DNA of 57,986 bases, counting the filler, from Sphacelaria rigidula (lineage: Eukaryota): NCBI GenBank assembly GCA_964200075.2. It is 8 parts of 8 records of this genome, joined end to end, with 100 filler letters (N's around TTAATTAATTAA, not from the genome) between each part and the next. Parts side by side here need not be neighbours in the genome. Positions count along the whole stretch, not along the records: positions 7,263 to 14,423 come from CAXNAA020016192.1; positions 14,524 to 21,684 come from CAXNAA020016193.1; positions 21,785 to 28,945 come from CAXNAA020016194.1; 5 more parts are not named here. The stretch is one strand, 5' to 3'. Position 1 is the first letter of the stretch. Every line of letters begins with the position of its first letter. Made by a program: the position numbers and the translations under genes. Shown here piece by piece: positions 12,645 to 25,728 of the stretch. Under the pieces are notes generated by a model. That model saw nothing but the letters and a program-made list of their open reading frames with translations, did not search any database and was not told the origin of the DNA.

Positions 12645-14278
12645 CACGTGCGCAGGTTGCACGTACTGTTTCCGGCGCTGTCTTTTGCAAAGGCCGTCAG
12701 GCGCGATGCATGTTTCAAATCGTAGATCGCGGAGCGGGTAGTGTGGGCCGCAGTCGCATCCATCACTTCTTCGATCCTGATGTTTTCGCGTTTAGAGGCA
12801 TGGGGCAAAAGAGATGCGGGGCACCGTCGTGTGGACGGACAGAACGGGGCAGGCACGTATGCGATCAGTGAGGTTCAGTCTGTCAACACTTGCCCCATGA
12901 TTGTGGCTATTCACGAGCACTAACTCTGGGCGAATAATTTCCAGATGTTTATCGCGATTGTAGTTTCTAGAACCCACGTTGGCCTGCACAATTGCCTATG
13001 TTATCAGTCAGGTGGGACAGTTCAGCGTGATCGAAGCAGAGAGTTGCAAGTACAAGTGCGACAATGACGGTGTGTGGATTGAAGTCGAAGTTTGTGAGAT
13101 CCGGGAGACGGGTGTGGTACGACAACAACAGTCGGTGATAGCATCTCGAATCGTTGTTGTCTGAGGTTTTGTCTGAGGTTTTGAGTTTTCGGTGTCTGTG
13201 TTTTTATTGTGACCCACATGCGGCACAAGTGGCATCACCAAATCTGACCGCCGGGGTGGGCGGACAGGGCAAACGTTAGTGGGAGAGAGCAACACCTCCC
13301 AGAGGAATATTGCCCAAAGGGAGTCCACGTCCACGCCCTTGGAGTTAATACAGGGGAATAGTTCTGCGTCCGTTCCAGGCGGTGGCGGTTCTTTACCGTC
13401 GGAGCGGATCGTGTCGAGTTCAACCGAGGAGGGGAGAGCTGTGCGCCTTCGACACGTTGGATAACCAGGTTCGTGAATTGAGCGACTATCTGGGAAACGT
13501 GGGCAACCACGTCGATCGGATAGAGAATAGACTCGACGGTACCATTGCGGTTAGAGAAAGTCTGGCGATCCAGCTCGCGAACAACGCGGTGGTATGTCGG
13601 GTGGAGGAAGTGTTGAGCCGGTTGGCCTCACCACGAGCTGGCTCTATTTCACCAGGAGGTCGCTCTGTCACACCAGGAACGGGTTCTATCAGCCGCTCCG
13701 TCGATGGGACTTTTTCCGACGCGGCGGCTAGGGGTAGTGTCGCAGACGCGGCCCGGCCGCTATAGAGTATATCTGATGATGCGGTACCGGCGTCGCGACT
13801 CCGTCCGGCGGTGGTGTGGTCAGGCATATCGGCTGGAAGATTCAAGCGATCTGGTGCGCCAACCGGGCGGCACGGCGAATGTGCAGGTGCTGGACCGCAC
13901 GGCGGATTTGCAGGCGCTGGTTGGGGTAATGGTGGATCGCATACGTGCCTGCCCCCTTCTGCCCGTCCAAACGACGGTGTCCCGCATCTCTACTGCCCCA
14001 TGCCTCTAAAGACGGAAAATTCAGGATCGAAGAAGTGATGGATGCGACTCTGGCCCATACCATCCGCGCCGCGATCTATGACATGACACATGTATCACTC
14101 CTCACGACATTTGCATACGCTAGCGCCGGAAACGGCACGTGCAACCTGCGATTGTACGCGCCGTTTCTGGTGCTTGCGTTGGCAAACGCCGTCAGCTGAG
14201 ATGCATCGATGATTTCGAAGATTGCTGCTCGTACAGCATGAGCCGGAGTCACAACATCTAGCACTTCTTCCATCCTGG
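12645..14278. pseudogene. Rearranged relics of an unidentified coding element (three paralogous fragments, plus a coiled-coil/gag-like ORF at 13382-13765)
   Basis: The peptide RIEEVMD..AH..R.AI.D.....LT.FA..S.GN recurs at ~12650-12856 (-), 13945-14150 (+) and 14150-14278 (-). Frameshifts separate the pieces. Confidence 0.5.
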
Positions 14279-15779
14279 TGCTTTCTCTGGAAGCGGCGAT
14301 ACCACAGAATAAAACAACTCATTGTTGGCTGTCATCTAAATGCAAGACACTCAGAAGGCTTCGGGCCGAACAATCTTAGCACGATGCAGTTCACCCTTTA
14401 TGCGACTCGCCGAACACACCACGNNNNNNNNNNNNNNNNNNNNNNNNNNNNNNNNNNNNNNNNNNNNTTAATTAATTAANNNNNNNNNNNNNNNNNNNNN
14501 NNNNNNNNNNNNNNNNNNNNNNNAAGGATAATGATATCTCCACGAATCGAGATGGATTTGTGGTAAGTAGAGATGATGGGTTACACTACGTAAGGCTGTG
14601 GAAAAGTCTCACTCCCCACGGTGACCTATTGTTCTCGGTCGCACGTGTACGCCGTTACACTGTCACATGAAGACCGTGCAAAATACTAGGTATGTTTTGC
14701 TTTGACGGGGTATTGCTCTATGTTGGATAGCGCATTCATCGCCTTCTATCATACATGGTTGTTTCAGAGCCACGACTAGATGAACAAGTGGACGAGACAT
14801 GTTTAGCTGTTGTGTCTTAATGAGAGGTTTCGTTTAAAACGTGTCTGGAGTTGCATCTATACCTTGAATTTTCGAGGATTTGTTTTCGGAATGTGGTCTC
14901 AATGTTGCACGCTGGTTTTGATCGTGGGGAGATGAGCTGGGGGTTGTCCCACACTATGTTGACCAAGGCGTGAGCATGATGACAACACTTCCTTGTTCGA
15001 AGTCGAGGAGTCCGTCAGTATGCGCGTGTTCGTATGGCGTTGTCTGATGAAATGGACAAATTGTACGGCCCACCGCACGATCCGTTGTTGATGCCAGGTG
15101 TGTATGTAGCCTCGTCTCTGTCAGCGAGAGTTGAAAGAGGAGCACAAGTGTTTTGGTGTTCATTTGGCGCATGTAACGATTAATGTGAAGTCGTGAAGTT
15201 GGCTTTGACTGGGCATTGGACGCTGTGAGCCCAACAGGTGTTGCGTGTGTTTTGCGTTTGATAGTAGTGTTTTTTTTTGCGCATGAGGTGCTGTAAGAAG
15301 TAAGGCGTGTATCTTACGTTCATCTTGTACTGTGTGCGTAGCGTTTCGGTGTAGGCTTGTATCTATTTTGATTTTCAAAATCGATTCAAGCGTGTTGACG
15401 TCGAGTCTGGGCTTGGTACGTATACACATTTTTTCTAGTTTTCGTGCGGATATGAGTGCATGTTTTTGCGCGAGACCTTCTCCGACCTGAAGCCATGTCG
15501 CAGAGACCGGCGATTGATTTTTTGTCTTTGCTTTATGTTTCTGTTTGTTTTTTGTTCGCCTGTTCTAGCTGTCTTTTTCTTCGCTTTTCTCCAGCGACTG
15601 TTTCAGTTTTGTTTATCTTGGGCCCGTCTACCTTGTGGGTAATGACCACGACTGGATCATGACTTGCATGGGATGAGGTGATGTGCGACAATCGATCAAC
15701 ACGTGATGTGACCCGATCGTTGGCGGGGGGGCTCGGTATTCGTTTTGTGCATGCAGAATCGCGTGACAGTTGCGTGTGT

Positions 15780-18700
15780 GCTTTTTCTTCCGTACATGAG
15801 GGGTGATTTGAAGGTGCTTGGGATCGATTGCATGTTTTGTTTTTGTAGACAAAGAGTGACATACAGCTATTTGTAGTGGCTTCAACTTGCACATGGGGCG
15901 TGAAGTCAAGGGGCGCGGGTCGGTCAATATGAGGAATGGGACGAAGAGATTTGCCGCGGTTCTCCTGTCATAAATGAGAGCTCGCTCCGGTATGGTGATG
16001 CTCTTGATCTCGAACGTCATAGGCGGGGTTGGCTAGTCAACTCCATTTTCGTACACTACGCGTGGCATGAAAGCCTTGCACTCTTGTTGTATCATGCACA
16101 TGGCGAGCTGGCATCCAGTTATAGACTTTGCCAGTGAGTTTGTACGTGAACGGAACGTGAAGGTGTTGAGTTTCCCTTTGGTCTTGATCTGGGCGAGTGG
16201 CGTGCTCGAAGGTGTGTGTGTGTGTGTATGTGTGTGTGTGTGCACTATGTCGAAGATACTACCGCAGCGTTCTTGTGCTATGTTGGGTGTTTATCTTGCT
16301 CAACTAGGAACTACGTACATGGCGAAGGTCGTCTCGTACCATCGTACATGACGAGCATCATTTGATAGCTACATGTCAAGACGCAGGATAGATGCCGCGA
16401 GCTCATCCCGACCGTTAGGAGATGGACTGGGGCCAGTAGTGCACCACGTTCACCTGGGCGTACGCGAGGTAATCATGAGTTGCTGTTGAAATCGATGAGC
16501 CAGGCAGTCCATACCCGCTCGGGTGATGATATCTGATGGTACGGATATCGTGTTAGGCACGTCGCACAACAAGCTGTTGATGGCAGTTAGTATCTTCGAT
16601 ATTTGTACGAAGAATATCATTTTGACCAAAGAGCGTTTTGGGATCAGGTTTTGTACATGAAGATTGGCGCGAAGGCTCAGAGTCGACTTAGAATTTGGTG
16701 CTAGACGTTGTCGGCCTGACAGGTGCTGGCCTACACCTTTAGGTCTCGTCGATGAACAGCGGCGTTGGAAGGCGTTTCATGTTACCTTGACGCTGTAGAG
16801 CGCGGGTAGCAATTTTGATTTGAACCTTGTCCATAGTCGGTCTCGAGGAGTGATTCGAACGTGTAGGCTTTGCATTTCGTTCGCATATTTAGCTCGTTGC
16901 GCGACCGCATGCGCGTAGGTTCGGCTTTGGTTCTGCGCATCTGGAATCGTCCAGGAGCTGTTTTCAGATTTGGCTTTGTACATGAGGAGTATTTCTTAGG
17001 CGTGGACGTTGGTTTGCATACTGTACACGAAACTTGACCTACGAACGTCGGCATTTCGTTTGCTTTCCAGTACGGGGTGTAGTGTTGAGTGGTAGTGTCT
17101 AGTTAAATGAATATTGAAGTGAAGGTGCTGGCCTCGGGTTGATGTTACGATGAGGACTGACGCCAGCGTGTTGACGGCGCATTTGATCAAATACATGGCG
17201 AGTGACGTTGGATATCGAGCTCTGCTTCTGGAAAGAACGAGCGGCATGATGGCTTGCACTCTAGGGGTAAGACATCCATGAGGAGGTATCATTCAAAACA
17301 TGTGGGCTTCTGCTTGCGAGTTAGTACATGGGCGGGACGTGAGTGCTGCTTTTGCTTTCGGCTTTGCAAAGGGTTAGTCACGTTAAGCCAAGGGCGTGAA
17401 TATTGGCTGGCGGGAGTCATGCTGTGCTATAGTTTCTGCTTTGTACATGGCGATTCACGAATAAGGCGTGGGTCGTCTCGTACTGCGCATACCGGACTGG
17501 CGTCTTCTGGCGTATGTATTTATTTAGAACGTAGTGTCGATGTCGCTCGCAGGTCTTGACCATGAGGAAATGAACTGCGGGCGGTTTCACACCACGTTGC
17601 CTTGAGCGTGCGCTCGATGACTGTAATTGTTTTCACTTGAAACCGGTGGGCCCGGCAGTAAATACACGCTGACTGGGACATGTGTTATGACATTGGCCAC
17701 TCGTTGCTTGTGGCAGTTGTGTTCCTGTAGTGTTCTGCATGAGGATTCAAGAGAGTGTGGGAAAGTTTGCGTTTGATTTCGTGCATCATGACTGGTGTGA
17801 AGGCGTCGAGCCGACTCGATGTTTTGTGTTGTCGAAGGTTGTAGGTATGGGAAGGTATTTGGTTTCCTTTGGCGGTACCCATGATGTGCGGCATTACTAT
17901 ACGGCGCTTAGCATTGCTTCGATGTTGGTCAGAAAACGAGTAGCTTCAGGACCAGCTGTGCTGGGGCGTCTAGTTGTTTACATTTTGTACGTGAGCTGTT
18001 CGAACATGCCAGTTGCGTGATTCGTTTTTGTACGTGATTCACTGCGTGATCGTAGGCGAGGGGAATCGATTATCGTTTTTGCACACGGGGGATCACCCGA
18101 AAGTTGCGTAAGGGTTCGGCTTTGGGTTTGTACACGAGGAGTGACGCCAAGGTGCCTACCTTGTCTTGGAAATCGTACAGGAGAAGATGCCGACAGCTAT
18201 GTTGGCTTGGCCTTTGCTCGAGCATATGAAGCCGTGAGTTGAAAGGGGGGCTATGATGAAATGAAAGTGGCGTGGAGGTGTTGATCTCGGGTTTCGTGTC
18301 GTGATGGAGAAGTGGCGCCGAGGTGTTGAAGGTGCTTGTAACATGGCGCATGGCAGGTGGCGTTGGGTAGCGGGATTTCGCCGTGATCTTGGGGAGTGGC
18401 ACGAAGGTGTGCATTCCTTCCTGGGTAAATTGGGAACATGAGGAAGTGAGATTCAAACGTGGGGTTCTTATCCGAAGCTACGTGGAACGTGAAGGTGTCG
18501 GGTTGTTGACAGTCTTGAATATGACAAGTAGCGTGATGGAAGACGTGAGCTCTGTGTGTACACCATGTCCAATTGTCGTTGAAGGTGTCGTGTGGTTTTC
18601 CTTCTGTTTTGTACGTGAGGAAGTGACTGACATGTGATGGGATGTCTCATGTTGTACATGGCGACATGTGATTTGATGTTGGCACAAGGGGTGACATCAA
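15780..18700. repeat. Degenerate long-period tandem repeat (~1.15-1.18 kb), G/T-skewed
   Basis: 16969-17310 is collinear with 18121-18470 (TTTGGCTTTGTACATGAGGAGT vs TTTGGGTTTGTACACGAGGAGT). A third copy is anchored at 15792 and 16064. Confidence 0.7.
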
Positions 18701-19044
18701 GCCGTCGGCTTCCTGTGCGTACTTATGTAAAGTGAAAAGTGGGCAATGTTGTCGTTGGACATGATGGCAAGGAACGGGGAGATAATGCGTGCCAAGTGGT
18801 AACATCTGCTAGATGTGGTGCTTACCGTGACACATTCAACTGTCTGTGCTTTCGATGGTCTTCAGGTACTCGGAGTCGAGATAGGGGCGGGCTGTAGTGG
18901 CACGCTCTTTGTACCTTTCGTACGCTCTCAGATGTCAGAATGCACCACTCAGTCATTTTTGGCGCGAACATATCGGATGTGAAATGGTGGCGCTTCCCGC
19001 GTCCTTTGTTGCGTTGTTCCGTCTTCGAGACATGAATGCCTCTT

Positions 19045-19057
19045 GGTAATTATTTCT

Positions 19058-19090
<33 letters not shown>

Positions 19091-19262
19091 GCTGTTGCTG
19101 TTGTTGTTGTTATCATTATTGTTATTGTTGTTGTTGTTGTTGTTATCATTATTGTTGTTGTTGTTATTGCTGTTGGTACTGGTATTGGTATTATTGTTGC
19201 TGTTGTTGTTATTGATACTGTTATTGTTGTTGTTGTCATTATGTTATCATTATGTTATTATC
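19045..19262. repeat. Compound (GTT)n/(ATT)n microsatellite
   Basis: Directly visible; it explains the poly-V, poly-L and poly-T ORFs. Confidence 0.97.
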
Positions 19263-20541
19263 GTGTAAGGCGTGTGCCGGAGGAGAGGTGGGTCGATTCC
19301 TTGAGTCCACGGACACATCCCAAGGAGGGGGGGGGGGGGGTTCAAAGTGCGACAAATGAATGAAACAATGTATATGTTATTCTTACTACTATGATTATTA
19401 TATTCGTCACATGAGCTCGATCTCTAATACCCGTGGTCACAGAGTACAAGGAGAATACCATGTATACCCACAATCCAAACCGCCCGCAGAAGAAGGCGAG
19501 AAACAAAGCATACACTACGAAAGATCCGTGTAAGACCGATTGAGCTACAGGAGATGTGCTTGAAGCCGAAAAGTCCCGGCGTGCGACCTCTCCGACTACC
19601 TTGTCGCGTACTGGTGCTTACATAGAGCAGTAAGGGCGAGTAAGCCGGCAGTCGTACTGTCGCATGGAATGGAGACCCATCCCAAAATAGATGTACTGTC
19701 TAGAGTTCTGTTCAAAGAGATCCTCTACAGAGCCTGCGCACCGGAGACTGAAGAACGTCGGATAAGAAGATCCAAATAAGACAAAAAAAACAAAAAAGAC
19801 GAGCCGATGACAACGAGGAGGGAAAACTGTTTTCTCCCTTGGGTTCTAGTCAAGAATAGCATCGTCATAGAAACACAACAGGCAGAGCGTGTTTAGCCTA
19901 CACACGACATAGCGCCATCAGCAATAAACAAAAGATGTTCGTCAGAGTGTCCTGTATTCAACCATGGACAACATGTGATATCATCTGTATGTAGTATCCA
20001 CAACAAAACAGCTATCTCAAAAACTCAACAGAAAAATAATATTCCTCCTTCAATGAAACTAGCCCCTCTACTCTGCTCTTCTCCGCTGCAGGGTCCTCCT
20101 CGACGTTGACTTCCTGACCCTGCCATCTGCCCTCACCAGCGCCCATGGCTAAAGCAACCACCTATCCTCGCCAGTGCCCATGGTCCTTCAAAGGTCTCGT
20201 AGTTGTTCGTGATCAGTGTCCCCGCTGCTTCCTCCCGTGTGAAACATTTCCTTCGTGATGCACTCTGGTTCTGGTTTCCAGGTGTCTCGTCCACGAGCCT
20301 CAACCAGACCTAACCCATCCGTCGACGACCGCTTCTCCTCCATCCTTGTCGCCCAAACCAGCCTACACACCGGCACAAGTTCCTTTGTATCAAAGGTGTG
20401 TGTGCCACCTTTCGACGGCGGTTTCATCTGATTCCGTGCTCACACCAAATCTCATGCAACATGCCCGCACTCAGGGTGTTGACATAGCAAACTATGTTCC
20501 AAGGTTCCGCTTCAGAAGGATGGTACTTGTACGGACCTCCC

Positions 20542-21375
20542 GGGGGTGACGTAAGTCGCAAATATATGGCTAGGAGAAGCTAGTACTGTTGTATTTCAAT
20601 GTACAGTAGTGATCGTGGCTGTACAAAACATGGCATGTGTTATCAGATGTCGTTCGGAAATATGGGGATTCGGACGGAGGCCGACGGCGGAACCGGCGGC
20701 GTAGGAAACGTGTGGTATTCCCGAGGTGCCAGAGTGCGAAGTATCTCTCGTGCAACAAAGACATGACAGCGGAAGGTACTTGCCGAAAAAATGGAATGCG
20801 TGGACCATTCTTCTTGGCATGTTCTTCGTACATTACTGTGGCTTTCACATCACCGGGCCTTTTTTTAAAGCAGGGGAATTTTTTTGCCGAAAACACTCCT
20901 GTGCTGCCGTGCTACTGTGCCTTGTTCAACTCCCCAACGTCCCATCGCACAGTCTTGTGTTTGCTGCTGACCAAGGCTAAGGCAATATTCAACTATTTGC
21001 AACTGCTTTGCTCTTATGTTCTCGTGACATTGGCGGCATAAACCGTGTATTCGTGCTCCCAAATGAAAGAGAACGCGACAAAGAGAAACACGGAGGGGAA
21101 ATACCTCGCCAAAAGTAATCCTGTTTGAAGTTTTCCATTATCTTCAACAGGCGTTTGTGGTTCGGGATCGATACCCCGCAAAAAAGGAGCAAGTTTGAGC
21201 GACTTTGGGTGGCCAGAACACTCGCCACAGGTATCAGATGACACCCAAACCTGAACGATAATGTACCGCTGAGCCTTCTCGGTGCGCTACAAAAAAAAGC
21301 GCGGGAAACAAAGCGTTGCCACCAGAGAAAACTCGACAAAAGTGGTGATAAATATGAGATGATACGTGTACATAT
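20542..21375 (+). repeat. ~830-bp dispersed repeat; second copy inverted at ~39470-40346
   Basis: Collinear reverse-complement match across two different contigs; both copies begin GGGGGTGACG(T/C)AAGTCG. Confidence 0.85.
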
Positions 21376-21789
21376 TATAACAGAAGCGGGTGTGCCTGAT
21401 GGGCCACGCGCTGACCCAACTCCATCACCACAGCGCCTTGACTAGGGGTAGTAGCGAGAAGGAATCACTCCTCGCGGGTGAGTCCGACCTTACAGCCGCC
21501 AGAAAGACCCTCCCCATGTTAATGCGGGGAAAATAGTCCTGTAGAAAACGCCTATTGGTCGGGGTGGGTGTAATTATGACCATACAAAAAGATCGTGCGG
21601 GTACTTGTTGTCAAGCAGAGAGGTACGGCGAGTAGAAGGCTCTGTGACGGTTTAAGAGACAACCAACTAGACTACTGACAAGTCNNNNNNNNNNNNNNNN
21701 NNNNNNNNNNNNNNNNNNNNNNNNNNNNTTAATTAATTAANNNNNNNNNNNNNNNNNNNNNNNNNNNNNNNNNNNNNNNNNNNNAGACA

Positions 21790-22325
21790 CAACAGCCGCA
21801 GTTCATATGTGTGACCTCGCTCTCTGCAACTCAATACATGAAGGGTACTCGCTGTTGAAAGGCGAATTTGCCCTTTGTGCACAGCCGTACAGAACAAAGC
21901 AGCACCTGGTGGCATGCCACAAAGTCAAATGCCATCCGTCACACACTGCTGGCCGCAACAAAAAAAACACGCAGCCTAAAACGAAGCTTATCGAACATCA
22001 CATAGTTTGCATCTCATTCTGATACTATTAATAGTATTTGCAGTTACTAAATACGTAACCGCGGTCACCAGCAGATGTAACGCACATACTCGTACTAAAA
22101 TCGCTCTCGACGCCTTGGCTTCTGCATTGGAGCCCTGACATGAAGCAGCCGCCAGCTTTGTCTTTCTTCCGTCAACTCTCCCTCTGTAATTCGACACTTG
22201 AAAGGATACTCGCCGTTGAAAGGCGACTTTGCCCTTTGTGCACAGTCGCTCAGAGGAAAGCAGCGCCTGGGGGCACGCAACCACAGTGCATGTTGTCACC
22301 ACTTGCTTCCGGAAGGAAAAGTAGT
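21790..22325 (+). repeat. Imperfect direct duplication (~170 bp, offset ~360 bp)
   Basis: TACTCGCTGTTGAAAGGCGAATTTGCCCTTTGTGCACAG at ~21847 and TACTCGCCGTTGAAAGGCGACTTTGCCCTTTGTGCACAG at ~22207. Confidence 0.75.
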
Positions 22326-25300
22326 ATGCGAACCGATTTTTTTTAATTTGCCATCTCCGACCTCGAAAAACGCTGCTGATCATCAACCCAAAAGTGCCGA
22401 TCGCGCAACGCTTACAACTCGGCAACGAAGCGGGGGATTGGACTACGGTTTCTTGCATGCGCTTCCCACACACCCAACCTATGTCGCCTAGTTTGGTTTT
22501 GCGTTTGCGCGTGATGCTGACTCGTAAATAACCCAAAAATACTGAAGTAAGGTGTTTTTTGCTCTGGGAGGGGACTCCCGTGCCGCTGACGCGACGCCAG
22601 CAGAATATCAAACTAGGTCCCCTAGATCTTGTGTGTATGCGGGGGGCTGTCAATTGCCGTGGACCGGCTTGCTTCCTGTATCGAGAACCGCGCGATCTCC
22701 AGTGCTACAGGTTTCCCATACTACACCAACTTAATAAGTGATGAAGCGTGTGTTCTGCTCGTGAGGGCCTCGGCACAGGTTCGGCCACCTACTGACGTGT
22801 TCATTTTTCCTCCGCGTTATTTCTCATTTTGAATATTGTGCCGATTTTTGGTCCTTATAATCCCCGTTCCTTCCCGTAGCTGTAGTCTGTAACAACTTCT
22901 GTGCAAACCGGATACCCGTCATGCCAATCGCTGTCTGCGTCAAGTTGTGCCCAACATACTGTTTCTTTGTGCATGGATTGTGGTGCTGGCTTCGAGAAAT
23001 CCACTGCGACACCATCACCCGTTCATCCGCCATATTCTGGGCGTGTGCTCTGGTGTTTGAGCGAGCAGCGAGGTGGCTGGTGTGCTGTGTGTTGTCGGGA
23101 GGACGGTTACACGTTACACGTCACGCCTGTTGGCCAATAGCGTCTCCTAATAAAAGTCCAAACCGAGCGAAACCCAACCGTCGGGCTTTGGACTGACTTT
23201 GAACTTTGGAGGAATTGCAAAGTCCAAGTCCTGACCCGAATTTGGTCTGCGCAAACACCGTACTATTGTACTGCTGTGGTTTTAAGCCCTAGGCCGTACA
23301 CAGACGCTGGACTACAACAGTAGTACAGGTACATCACATATCGGCAGTTTACTTGGTTCTTATAACAGAGGATGGATTCACCTGTGGACGCTTCGACTGG
23401 AACTGAGCGAAAGGATCCGATGCGTATATGATATCCGAATCACACACAGCATGTAATACATGAGCCTCGTGACTGGCCGTTGTACCGGATTCTGGTGCAG
23501 CCAGGTGGGTCGTGGAGGATATGCATGACATCAAACGGGAAAATAGGGAAGTGCTGCCAAGACACTGCCGAACTGTCTGTACTGTACTCTACTGTAGGTA
23601 TGCTTTAATCGTACAAGTGTAGAATGTAGCTATTGCCTATATTGCGGCTCTAGCAGCGTGCAAGACCAGATTCACAGCATCCCACGTTCAGGCCACTGCA
23701 GCTACAAGCACTGTCCCGGCTGCACAATGGACTCCACTCATCGCATACTGTCTGTACTCTATTCCTACACACTCCCGCGCTTCTCCCCCACACTTTACCG
23801 CAGGCACTACGGCGAGAAAGAAATGAGTCTCGTGTGTACACTACTGGTTGATCAACGGTCCAAATACTGTAACCACTTGATATAACCCCTACATCGCGAG
23901 CCTTGCGACTCGACCCGCCTTGTCTACGTACCGAAACAGGGGGGTGTTAACAACTCTGCCGTACCACTGTTGTCTGTGTAACAAGACCGTACTACTGTAT
24001 ACCGACTGTAATAATATTTCGGGAGTTGACATACTTGGAATGTTTCCTCAAGTACCATCGTCCTCTACGACTCAGATGCTAGTGAAGTCGATACTAGCGT
24101 CGTTGGAAGGACATGCTTGCAGATATTGCACATGGTCTTCCGTCAGTACCAGGTCTTCCCAATTTGGAAAGTCAAGGCAAAAAATCCAAGCAATGGAGGG
24201 ATGCTGGTATCTTTCGCAATCTTCCATACAGACCGCAGTATCATGTATACATTGACTGTAGATTGAACGCAGTATGTACAGCAGCGACTTACGGAAGAAC
24301 AACACAGAACAACCAGGGTGGCTGCAAAAACTGTCTGTACCGCTGTGCTTTAGTACACTAAACCACATCCATATTCCAACACGTATCTAGCTTCTTGTAG
24401 ATTATCTGGATTATGCAGAAGTCCAAAAACGTTTGCATAGAGTGAATCGGGTTGTTAGCGCACGCCTGATCACGCGTTGTGTACTTATAGCGAACCCACC
24501 CATATCCTGAGACATCCGCTTTGCAGCCAGATCCATGCCGATCTGGGAGGGTTGTTCAACTTGTCAGGAACACAGCAACACTTGAAATGTGGAAACGTGT
24601 GCGATACGGGCCTATCCGATTTACGGTGGGACGGTGACTGCGCGGCTCACCTCCTCGTACGATTCTGCCCTTGCTGCTGCATGAGGAAACACGATCTTCC
24701 GAGATGGACACGGCAGCTCAATGCCCTTATATCGCCTGTCTGCTTTTGAGGCACCAACCCAGGACGAGTGCTTCAGTACAGCACCCACAACATGCGGTAT
24801 TGAACCGACGGTACCGAAACTGGCCTGTCCAGAGCCTGTCCGTTATTTCGTGTTTATCCGCCACACGGTGCACTGTCTGGATCAACGATATCACCACAAC
24901 AGAAAAACGAGCGGCAACTCCAGCAGCTGGACCTCGTGAGATCCTCACTTCTCCTACTCCCGCTATTGGGCACGACACGTACTGCACAGTGCTCCCGAAT
25001 ATAGTAACGTGCTGTAAGCAGGGCTTGGCAGCTCGGTAACTACACAAGCATAATACTCAGATGCATGAGTCTAACTGCTAATGCTGAACTTGTATATTCC
25101 CCCGGCTTTGAACCTCTCCAATGAACTACGTCAAAGTTCTGATTCAATGGGGAGTTCTCTACTGAACTGAACCAGAGATATTTCAAAGATCCGGCACCGC
25201 GTACCCCGTCTGCTTTGTATGAAAGACCCGTGAAAGAAGATTATAAGGCAGCCGAAGAGCGATAAATGAGGTCGTGGTCTGCGATAAAAGATACATTTTG

Positions 25301-25384
25301 CTACTACTTCCGCGAAGTCTTTACAGGTAGTATGGGGCGCGCGCGACAAAATGTGAAGAAAGCTCAAGATCCGTAATCATGCTA

Positions 25385-25728
25385 CAGTACCGGCCCGCTA
25401 GTAAAAAAACTGAAAAATCGGCCTGAGACTGGGTTTCTTATTTTCCTGGGAGCATGAGCATCATTTTTTTAGATGCTCATTTCTTATTTCCCTGGGAAAG
25501 TGAGCATAATTTTCTCAAAAGCGAAACAGCCAGTGTACAGTAGTACAGGAAAATGAGATAATATACTGTACTGTACCCCACATATCTAGGGGCACCGTGG
25601 GCCGCCAGGGGAAGGGTTGCTCTTTGTTAAGTTGAGGCAGATGCCGAGGCTGGGCCGTTTTTTAAGTTTGTCTAAAATTTGAGGCTGATATTCTTACTGA
25701 CACGTTTCTTACTAGCGGGCCGGTACTG
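25385..25728. mobile_element. Tc1/pogo-type MITE
   Basis: TA-CAGTACCGGCCCGCTAGTAA ... TTACTAGCGGGCCGGTACTG-TA: perfect 20-bp TIR, CAGT start, TA duplication. Confidence 0.88.

Noticed and set aside
18949..19363. Poly-Thr, poly-Val and poly-Leu ORFs
   Set aside because: Translation of a trinucleotide microsatellite.
21400..21520. HDV-like ribozyme (CAC-TCCTCGCGG-GTG resembles P3/L3)
   Set aside because: Could not build a convincing P1, P1.1 or P2 by hand.
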